64,000 bases of DNA, from contig JAUJOY010000003.1 in the NCBI GenBank assembly GCA_030447385.1, positions 144,292 through 208,291 on the forward strand, read 5' to 3'. Made by a program: the position numbers and the translations under genes. Shown here piece by piece: positions 57,157-64,000 of this stretch. The notes beneath the pieces were generated by a model that was not told the origin of the DNA, made no database searches, and worked only from the letters and a program-made list of their open reading frames with translations. The stretch comes from Mycobacteriales bacterium. Its GTDB lineage: Bacteria > Actinomycetota > Actinomycetes > Mycobacteriales > SCTD01. Within the stretch, counting starts at the first letter, position 1. The number at the start of each line of letters is the position of its first letter.

Positions 57157-57254
57157 GGCGGGTGCAACGCCCCGGGGCTCCTCTGGACTTCCCTTGACCT
57201 GAACCACGGTTGAGGTCGCATGCTGGGCCGATGGACATGGAGGTCACGGCGTGG

Positions 57255-59174
57255 ATGTCGATGTACAACACGATGCACGCCCAGCAGGACAAGCGGCCGT
57301 TCTCCCGGGCGACGCTCCGGCGGATCGGCGCGTTCGCGCGGCCGCACCGCGCCCGGCTGGGGTGCTTCCTCGTGCTGACCGTCGTGATGGCGGTGCTGGC
57401 CGTGGCCACCCCGGTGCTCGCCGGCCGGGTGGTCAACGCGATCGTCGAGGGCTCGGACCCCTCGGTCGTCTTCGCCCTCACCGCCCTGATCGCCGTCATC
57501 GCGCTGGCGGAGGCCGGACTCGGCCTGGTCACCCGGTGGCTGTCCGCGCACATCGGGGAGGGGCTCATCCTTCACCTGCGGACGGCGGTCTTCGACCACG
57601 TCCAGCGCATGCCGGTGGCGTTCTTCACGCGTACCCGCACCGGCGCCCTGGTGAGCCGGCTCAACAACGACGTGATCGGAGCGCAGCGCGCGTTCAGCGA
57701 CACCCTGTCCGGCGTGCTCGGCAACCTGGTCACCCTCCTGCTGACGCTGATCGTCATGATCGGCATCTCCTGGCAGATCACGCTGCTCGCGCTGGTGCTG
57801 CTGCCGGTCTTCGTCGTCCCCGCCCGGCGCATGGGAACGCGCCTGGCGCGCCTCGAGCGGGAGGCGGCCAACCACAACGCGACCATGAGCACGCAGATGA
57901 CCGAGCGCTTCTCCGCTCCCGGAGCGACCCTGGTCAAGCTGTTCGGGCGGCCCTCGCAGGAGTCGGCGGAGTTCGCCGCCCGAGCATCACGGGTGCGCGA
58001 CATCGGTGTGCGCACGGCGATGGTCCAGTCGGTGTTCATCACCGCGCTGACGCTGGTCTCCGCGCTCGCACTGGCGATCGTCTACGGCCTCGGCGGCTTC
58101 TACGCGCTGACGGGCAGCCTGGATCCCGGCGCGGTCGTCGCGCTGGCGCTGCTGCTCACACGGCTGTACGCGCCGCTGACCTCTCTGGCGAGCGCGCGCG
58201 TCGAGGTGATGAGCGCGCTGGTCAGCTTCGAGCGGGTCTTCGAGGTGCTCGACCTGGTGCCGCTCGTCGAGGACCCGCCCGTTCCGCGGGACCTGCCGCC
58301 CGGTCCGCTGTCGGTCGAGCTGGATGGGGTCTTCTTCGCCTACCCCTCGGCCGACAAGGTGTCCCTGGCGTCGCTGGAGGAGGTGGCCCAGCTCGACACC
58401 CGCGGCGGTGTCGAGGTGCTGCACGACGTGTCCTTCCGGGTCGAGCCCGGCCAGCTCGTCGCGCTGGTCGGTTCCTCCGGTGCGGGCAAGTCGACGATCG
58501 CACAGCTGCTCCCGCGGCTCTACGACGTGGACGCCGGCGCCATCCGCCTCGGCGGCATCGACATCCGGGAGCTGTCCGCGCAGGCCATCCGCGAGGCGCT
58601 GGGGATGGTGACCCAGGACGGCCACCTGTTCCACGAGTCCGTGCGCGCCAACCTGCTCCTGGCGCGTCCCGAGGCCGACGAGGACGCACTGTGGGAGGTG
58701 CTGCAGCGGGCCCGGCTGGCCGAGCTGGTCCGCTCGCTGCCCGACGGCCTCGACACCGTGGTCGGCGAGCGCGGCTACCGCCTGTCCGGTGGTGAGCGGC
58801 AGCGGCTGACGATCGCCCGCGTCCTGCTGGCCCGCCCCCGGGTGGTCGTGCTGGACGAGGCCACCGCGCACCTGGACTCCACCTCCGAGGCGGCGGTGCA
58901 GGCAGCCCTGGCCGAGGCGCTCCAGGGGCGTACGGCGGTCGTCATCGCGCACCGGCTGTCGACGGTCCGGGCTGCCGACCTCATCCTGGTGGTCGAGCAG
59001 GGCCGCATCGTGGAGCGCGGCACGCACACCGAGCTGCTGGCCCGCAGCGGCCGTTACGAGGAGCTCTACCGGACGCAGTTCGAGGATCAGGTGAGCGCGA
59101 GCCCGGCGAGCCACGTGCCGACCATGAGCACGCCGGCCGTGAGCTCGGCGAGGATCCCCAGCCCGACGGCCTGA
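57255..59174 (+). CDS. ABC exporter, fused permease/ATPase (multidrug/lipid exporter type)
   Basis: Six-TM N-terminal domain, Walker A GSSGAGKST, signature LSGGERQR, Walker B VVVLDEATAHLD. The start is uncertain (57210 TTG to 57261 ATG). Confidence 0.9.
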   Translation: MSMYNTMHAQQDKRPFSRATLRRIGAFARPHRARLGCFLVLTVVMAVLAVATPVLAGRVVNAIVEGSDPSVVFALTALIAVIALAEAGLGLVTRWLSAHIGEGLILHLRTAVFDHVQRMPVAFFTRTRTGALVSRLNNDVIGAQRAFSDTLSGVLGNLVTLLLTLIVMIGISWQITLLALVLLPVFVVPARRMGTRLARLEREAANHNATMSTQMTERFSAPGATLVKLFGRPSQESAEFAARASRVRDIGVRTAMVQSVFITALTLVSALALAIVYGLGGFYALTGSLDPGAVVALALLLTRLYAPLTSLASARVEVMSALVSFERVFEVLDLVPLVEDPPVPRDLPPGPLSVELDGVFFAYPSADKVSLASLEEVAQLDTRGGVEVLHDVSFRVEPGQLVALVGSSGAGKSTIAQLLPRLYDVDAGAIRLGGIDIRELSAQAIREALGMVTQDGHLFHESVRANLLLARPEADEDALWEVLQRARLAELVRSLPDGLDTVVGERGYRLSGGERQRLTIARVLLARPRVVVLDEATAHLDSTSEAAVQAALAEALQGRTAVVIAHRLSTVRAADLILVVEQGRIVERGTHTELLARSGRYEELYRTQFEDQVSASPASHVPTMSTPAVSSARIPSPTA

Positions 59175-59563
59175 AGCACCTGTACGGTCGAGCGACGGGC
59201 TTCCGGGCCGTTGCCGTGCCGGCGCGCCTCCGTGAGGTAGACGCCGGCGACCCCTCCGATCAGCAGCCCGAACGGCGGGAGCACGAAGAACCCGATCAGC
59301 GCCCCGAGGCCCCCGAGGAGCAGGGTCTGCCGCGGCAGCTGCCCCGACAGGCGGCGGCCCGGCAGGGCGTACTTCAGGGCGAAGCCGGCCAGGAACAGCG
59401 CGGTCATGACGCCCACGACGACCCACCGCCCGGTGCCCTCCTCGGCCACGAGCACCGCCCAGCCGATCCCCGCGGCGAGGATGAGAGCCGTCCCGGGCAG
59501 CAGCGGGATCACGACCCCGAACAGGCCGACCACCATCACGGTCCCGACCAGCACGGATCCCAC
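59087..59563 (-). CDS. DUF456-like integral membrane protein
   Basis: (V)GSVLVGTVMVVGLFGVVIPLLPGTALILAAGIGWAV... with four hydrophobic helices. The GTG start lies just after the SDR stop. Its 3' end overlaps the convergent ABC gene by 88 nt. Confidence 0.7.
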   Translation of the reverse strand: MGSVLVGTVMVVGLFGVVIPLLPGTALILAAGIGWAVLVAEEGTGRWVVVGVMTALFLAGFALKYALPGRRLSGQLPRQTLLLGGLGALIGFFVLPPFGLLIGGVAGVYLTEARRHGNGPEARRSTVQVLQAVGLGILAELTAGVLMVGTWLAGLALT

Positions 59564-59565
59564 GG

Positions 59566-60492
59566 CTAGACCGGCAGGGGGTAGCCGAGGATGTCCTCGG
59601 TGAGCTCCCAGAGCCGGGCGGCGGCGGCGGGGTCCTTGCCGGTGGGGTAGACGTCGAGGAGCTCCGGCCGGCCCCTGACCTGCCCGAACCGGGCCGGGCC
59701 CACGAACGCGCCGCTCGGGGTGGCGTGGTCCAGCGCGCGCAGCGTGGGCAGCGCCCCGGCCTGCGCCGACTGCAGGAAGAGGTTCATCGCGACCCGGGAG
59801 GCGCCCACGAGGCGCGGCTGGCCGAGCTCCTGCACCAGCCGGGGGAACAGGTTGGTGGCGCTGACCCCCGGATGGGCGGCGACGGCGGAGACCGGGGACC
59901 CGGCCCGACCGGCGCGTCGAGCGAGCTCCTGGGCGAACAGCAGGTTGGCCTGCTTGGTGTTCTGGTAGACCAGCCGCCCGTCGTAGGGGGCCGGCTCGAC
60001 GAGGTCCTGCCGGGTCGTGCCCGCGGACAGCCGCCCGCCGCGGGCGGCGATGCTGGAGACCATCACGACGCGTCCTCCGGCGGCGTGCAGCAGGGGCCAC
60101 AGGGCGCTGACGAGGGCGGCGTGGCCGAGGTGGTTGGTGGCCATCTGCCGCTCGAAGCCCTGTGCGGTGAGCAGGAAGGGCCCTCCCATGACCCCCGCGT
60201 TGCAGACGAGCGCCGAGAGCCCGGTCCGCTCGGCGAGCACCGTCTTGGCGAAGGCGGCGACCGAGTCGAGATCGGCGAGGTCGAGCTCGAGGACGCTCGA
60301 GGTGCCCTGGCCGGTCAGGGTGCCGCGCGCCTGCTCACCCTTGCGGGTGTCCCGGACGGCGAGGATCACGTCGCCTCCGCGGGCGACGAGGTCGCGCGCC
60401 GCCTCGAGCCCGATCCCGCTGTTGGCGCCGGTGATGACGAAGCTCCGGCCGATCTGCTGGGCCAGCTGCCGCGGATGCCAGGACATGCGCAC
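59566..60492 (-). CDS. Short-chain dehydrogenase/reductase (SDR)
   Basis: VITGANSGIGLEAA (TGxxxGxG), NAG, YQNTKQANL (YxxxK); 308 aa. Confidence 0.9.
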   Translation of the reverse strand: MRMSWHPRQLAQQIGRSFVITGANSGIGLEAARDLVARGGDVILAVRDTRKGEQARGTLTGQGTSSVLELDLADLDSVAAFAKTVLAERTGLSALVCNAGVMGGPFLLTAQGFERQMATNHLGHAALVSALWPLLHAAGGRVVMVSSIAARGGRLSAGTTRQDLVEPAPYDGRLVYQNTKQANLLFAQELARRAGRAGSPVSAVAAHPGVSATNLFPRLVQELGQPRLVGASRVAMNLFLQSAQAGALPTLRALDHATPSGAFVGPARFGQVRGRPELLDVYPTGKDPAAAARLWELTEDILGYPLPV

Positions 60493-60567
60493 GAGCGTAC
60501 GGGTGGGGCCGCTGCGCCCGCGGCGGGAAGCCGCTGGGCCGCCTGCCGTCCAGGCGACCCTCTGTCG

Positions 60568-62697
60568 TCAGCCGACCGTCGCGAGGACGAGCGGGAGCAC
60601 CGGCCCGCTCCCGGCCTCCCGCAACACCCGGGCCGCCTCGGTCACGGTCCAGCCGGTGTCGAGGTGGTCGTCGACAAGGAGGACGGGGCTGCCGTCCAGC
60701 ACCATCCCGCGCGGCACCGCGAAGGAGCCGTGGACCGCGCGGAGCCGCTGCGCGCTGTTGCTGCGACCGCCGCCGCCGTCGGTCGAGCGGGCGCGGTCGA
60801 GCGCCCCGAGCAGCGGCAGCCGCCCCACCTCGGCGATCCGGGCGGCGAGGCTGCCGACGAGCAGGGGTCGTGACCGGGAGGGCACCGCGAGGACCCCGCC
60901 GGGGCGCTGCGGCCAGTCCCACCCGGCCAGCACGTCGACGACGGCCCGAAGCACGTCGTCGGGAACCGGCGCGTCGTCCACGGCAGTCCCTGGCGCGATC
61001 AGGGCCCGCAGGCGGGTGCCCCATCCCACGTCGGACAGCCGGCCCAGCGCCCGGCCGCTGTCGGCCTGCAGCCCGGCCGGGATGCGGCCCGAGAGCGCGA
61101 TGCCGGCAGCGGCCAGACCTGGAGGCCACATCCGGCGGGGCTCGATCTCGACGCCTGGACGCCCGAGTGCCCGCTGGGCGGCCCGCAGCGTGTCGGGGGA
61201 CACCGCGGTGGGCGCCGGCGTCCCGGTGCAGCGGTCGCAGCGCCCGCACGCGACCGCGGTGCCGTCGAGGACCTGCGGGTCGTCGAGCTGGGAGCGCAGG
61301 AAGAGCATCCTGCAGCCGGGCGCCCCGGCGTAGTCGCGCATGGCCGACTGCTCGGCGCTGCGGTCCGCGGCGACCCGTGCGTAGCGCTCGGCGTCGTAGT
61401 GCCACGGCTTCCCGGTCGCGGTCCAGCCACCGCTGACCCGCCGGACGGCCCCGTCGACGTCGAGCACCTTGAGCATCGTCTCCAGGCGGGTGCGCCGCAG
61501 GTCCACCGACACCTCGAGCGCGGCGGTGGACAGCGGCCTGCCCGCGGCGGACAGGACGTCCAGCACCTGGCGGACCTGCTCCTCCGACGGGAACCCGAGC
61601 GAGGCGAAGTAGCGCCAGATCGCCTCGTCCTCCGGCCCGGGCAACAGCACCACCTCGGCCCTGCGCACGCCACGTCCCGCCCGGCCCACCTGCTGGTAGT
61701 AGGCGATCGGCGACGGTGGTGCGCCCAGGTGCACGACGAAGCCGAGGTCGGGCTTGTCGAAGCCCATGCCGAGGGCGCTGGTGGCGACCAGGGCCGTGAT
61801 GCGGTTGGCGAGCAGGTCGTCCTCGGCCCGCCGGCGCTCGGCGTCGTCGGTCCGTCCGGAGTAGGCCGCTGCCGAGATGCCCCGGCTGCGCAGGAACGAG
61901 GCCACCTCGTCGGTGGCCGCGACCGTGAGGCAGTAGACGATGCCGCTGCCCGGCAGGTCGCGCAGGTGGTCGGCCAGCCAGGCCCAGCGGTGCTCCGCGG
62001 TCGGCAGCGTCAGCACGCTCAGGTGCAGCGACTCGCGGTCGAGGGCCCCGCGCAGGACCAGCGTCTGGCCGCCGCCTGTGGCCAGCTGCTCGGCGACGTC
62101 CGCCACGACGCGCGCGTTGGCCGTGGCGGTCGTCGCCAGCACCGGCGTGCCGGTCGGCAGCTCGGCGAGCAGCGTGCGGATCCGCCGGTAGTCCGGGCGG
62201 AAGTCGTGGCCCCAGTCGGAGATGCAGTGCGCCTCGTCCACCACGAGCAGACCCGCCGACGCCGCGAGCCTTGGCAGGACCGCGTCGCGAAAGCCGGGGT
62301 TGTTGAGCCGCTCGGGGCTGACGAGCAGCACGTCGACCTCGCCGCTCTCGACCTGCGCGTAGACCGCCTGCCAGTCCTCGACGTTGCTGGAGTTGACGGT
62401 GACCGCGCGGATGCCGGCCCGCCCCGCCGCCGCGATCTGGTTGCGCATCAGCGCCAGCAGCGGGCTGACGATGACCGTCGGGCCCGCGCCGCCCGCCCGC
62501 AGCATCGCGGTGGCCACGAAGTAGACCGCGGACTTGCCCCAGCCGGTGCGCTGGACGACCAGCGCCCGCCGCCGGTCCCGCACGAGCGCGTCGATCGCCG
62601 TCCACTGGTCCTCGCGCAGCCGAGCGGAGTCTCCGGCCAGCGCGCGCAGGTGCCGCTCCGCCTCCTCGCGCCCGGGCGCGGGCGCGGTCGTCGTCAT
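60568..62697 (-). CDS. RecQ-like ATP-dependent DNA helicase with C-terminal ComF/phosphoribosyltransferase-like domain (RqlH type)
   Basis: QRTGWGKSAVYF (Walker A), VVDEAHCISDWGHDFRPDY (DEAH), ATSALGMGFDKPD, Cys cluster ACGRCDRC, and C-terminal PVLLVDDHLDTGWTVTEAARVL (PRTase-like). The ATG is at 62697. Confidence 0.88.
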   Translation of the reverse strand: MTTTAPAPGREEAERHLRALAGDSARLREDQWTAIDALVRDRRRALVVQRTGWGKSAVYFVATAMLRAGGAGPTVIVSPLLALMRNQIAAAGRAGIRAVTVNSSNVEDWQAVYAQVESGEVDVLLVSPERLNNPGFRDAVLPRLAASAGLLVVDEAHCISDWGHDFRPDYRRIRTLLAELPTGTPVLATTATANARVVADVAEQLATGGGQTLVLRGALDRESLHLSVLTLPTAEHRWAWLADHLRDLPGSGIVYCLTVAATDEVASFLRSRGISAAAYSGRTDDAERRRAEDDLLANRITALVATSALGMGFDKPDLGFVVHLGAPPSPIAYYQQVGRAGRGVRRAEVVLLPGPEDEAIWRYFASLGFPSEEQVRQVLDVLSAAGRPLSTAALEVSVDLRRTRLETMLKVLDVDGAVRRVSGGWTATGKPWHYDAERYARVAADRSAEQSAMRDYAGAPGCRMLFLRSQLDDPQVLDGTAVACGRCDRCTGTPAPTAVSPDTLRAAQRALGRPGVEIEPRRMWPPGLAAAGIALSGRIPAGLQADSGRALGRLSDVGWGTRLRALIAPGTAVDDAPVPDDVLRAVVDVLAGWDWPQRPGGVLAVPSRSRPLLVGSLAARIAEVGRLPLLGALDRARSTDGGGGRSNSAQRLRAVHGSFAVPRGMVLDGSPVLLVDDHLDTGWTVTEAARVLREAGSGPVLPLVLATVG

Positions 62698-62781
62698 GAC
62701 GGGACTCTCATGGGCAGCAACCCTGCCAGAGCCCGCCGACGTCACGAGCGCCCTCCACAGGCCTGCGTCTCGGCCCCCGGC

Positions 62782-63621
62782 CTACGGAGGCGGGAGCGGC
62801 AGGCTCTGCCCGCGCTCCACGAGGCGTACGCCCTGCAGGCCCCGGCGCTCCACCTCGGCCAGGAAGGCCGACAGGGGGCTGCGCATCACGGCGTAGTCCT
62901 CGTAGTGGATCGGCACCGTGCGCGCCGGCCCGACCAGCTCGAGCAGATCGGCGCCCTGCCGGCCGTCCATCGTCACCAGCACGCCCAGCCCGAAGGCGCC
63001 CGGTATCCGCGTGCCGCCGAGGTGCCACAACCCGACGTCCAGATCCGGGTGACGACGCGGGATCTCGCGCAGGTCGTCGTGCACGAGCGTGTCGCCGGTG
63101 ATGTAGACCGACAGCGGATCCTCGTCCCCTATCGGCGTGAACTCGAGGACGCTGCCCATGACCGGCGGCAGGAGCGCCTGCAGCGCCCCCAGGGCGTGCC
63201 GGCCGGGCGCGGCGGTGATGGTGAGGCTGGCGCCGTCCTTGTACACGGTGTGGCTCTGCCAGGTGTCCAGCGCCACCGTGTTCCCGAAGCCCCACACGCG
63301 CAGCGTGCGCGCCGCCTGCCGCGTGGTCACGATCAGGGTGTCACGGGGCAGCCCGCGACGCGCCCGCCGGTCGAAGTGGTCGCCATGCAGGTGCGACAGC
63401 ACGACGACGTCGAGCGGCGGAAGCTCGTGCGGCTGCAGCGAGGGCTCAGACAGGCGGCGGGACCACAGCCCCTTGCCCAGGTAGGCCCGCTCGCCCCGGT
63501 GCAGGAAGTTCGGGTCCGTGAGAACGGTGAAGCCGCCGTAGTCGATCAGCGTCGTGGCGGTGCCCACCCAGGAGATCTGTCCGGTCATGTGGCGCCCGCT
63601 ACCCCCTGGCCGGCGGCTCAT
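62782..63621 (-). CDS. MBL-fold metallo-hydrolase
   Basis: GGAGG lies 9 nt upstream of the ATG at 63621. VVLSHLHGDHFD (HxHxDH); 279 aa. Confidence 0.85.
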   Translation of the reverse strand: MSRRPGGSGRHMTGQISWVGTATTLIDYGGFTVLTDPNFLHRGERAYLGKGLWSRRLSEPSLQPHELPPLDVVVLSHLHGDHFDRRARRGLPRDTLIVTTRQAARTLRVWGFGNTVALDTWQSHTVYKDGASLTITAAPGRHALGALQALLPPVMGSVLEFTPIGDEDPLSVYITGDTLVHDDLREIPRRHPDLDVGLWHLGGTRIPGAFGLGVLVTMDGRQGADLLELVGPARTVPIHYEDYAVMRSPLSAFLAEVERRGLQGVRLVERGQSLPLPPP

Positions 63622-63838
63622 CCGGGATGACCTCCGTAGGTGCCGCGTCGGCGGTGGAGCGCTCGCTGCGCGGCTGCTGCGCCAGGAACACCGCTGACCC
63701 GACGACCGTCTCGACGGCGAGCAGGATGAGGGCGAGCTGCGGGAGCCCCACGGCCGCGAGCAGCGCCGCGCCGACGGTGACCGGGAGCACGTACACCAGC
63801 AGCAGGAGGGTCAGCTCGAACGGGTCGCGCGGCGCCAT
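63599..63838 (-). CDS. Small membrane protein (79 aa, two TM helices)
   Basis: MAPRDPFELTLLLLVYVLPVTVGAALLAAVGLPQLALILLAVETVVGSAVFLAQ...; overlaps the MBL start by 23 nt. Confidence 0.5.
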   Translation of the reverse strand: MAPRDPFELTLLLLVYVLPVTVGAALLAAVGLPQLALILLAVETVVGSAVFLAQQPRSERSTADAAPTEVIPDEPPARG

Positions 63839-63966
63839 GGGGCCAGTCTCGCCGACGGTGTTCCCGTGCCGCCCGGGCCCGGATCGGCGAGGATGGTGCC
63901 TGCGCGGTCCTGCGGGGCCGCAGAGGCGTGCCGAACGGGTGCTCCGCGACACCGGAAGCGAGCAGC

Positions 63967-64000
63967 ATGAGCGAGTGGGGCCGGATCGACGACGAGGGCA
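63967..64000 (+). CDS. Partial CDS (5' end only), possibly a DUF349-family protein
   Basis: ATG at 63967 gives MSEWGRIDDEG..., reminiscent of the WGRVDDDGTVYVR N-termini of actinobacterial DUF349 proteins. Only 11 codons are visible. Confidence 0.3.
   Translation, partial: MSEWGRIDDEG

Noticed and set aside
59087-59174. 88-nt convergent overlap between the ABC exporter and the DUF456-like gene.
   Set aside because: It is probably just a non-conserved C-terminal tail of the ABC protein (after ...YRTQFE) running on until the first stop in GC-rich DNA. It is not evidence of a special element.
60335-63630. Long ORFs 60335..62605 (-, 756 aa) and 61399..63630 (+, 743 aa).
   Set aside because: These are alternative-frame or antisense shadows of the RecQ-like helicase and MBL hydrolase genes. 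Their composition is extremely R/G/P/A-biased.

Overview
This is a very GC-rich, actinobacterial-type chromosomal segment (third codon positions are almost all G/C). It is densely packed with about 55 protein-coding genes on both strands. I found no rRNA, tRNA, CRISPR array, transposase, integrase or phage genes. Most of it is ordinary housekeeping:
- DNA and RNA enzymes: recC-recB-recD, hrpA, a DinG-like helicase, an RqlH-type RecQ helicase, TrmH.
- Metabolism: citrate synthase, short ArgA, a GH65 phosphorylase with beta-phosphoglucomutase, a MetE-like protein.
- Other: TldD/PmbA, transporters, DsbA-like proteins, an L,D-transpeptidase.

The standout is on the minus strand at 2110..6968. It is a glycine/sarcosine/betaine-reductase-type (Grd) operon in the order grdE-like, grdB, grdC, thioredoxin, grdA. 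The ORF track fragments it because grdA and grdB each contain an in-frame TGA at exactly the position of the catalytic selenocysteine (ECFV-U-TASG and TAT-U-GTGTRCG). A SECIS-like hairpin begins 11 nt after the grdB TGA. The operon is atypical: no grdD or trxB is adjacent, and the GrdE-like subunit seems to lack the Asn-Cys self-processing site.

Other points worth a second look:
- An ERCC4-nuclease/Lsr2-DNA-binding fusion whose frame has no stop until it runs 355 nt into the convergent gene.
- A BNR beta-propeller protein translationally coupled to a MoaD/ThiS-like protein ending in Gly-Gly.
- Apparent frame breaks in a matrixin-like metalloprotease and in a GAF-GGDEF sensor.
- A degenerate 11-residue-repeat protein.
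- A divergent pair of orphan proteins.

All calls rest on reading the translations and the DNA by eye. No database search was run.
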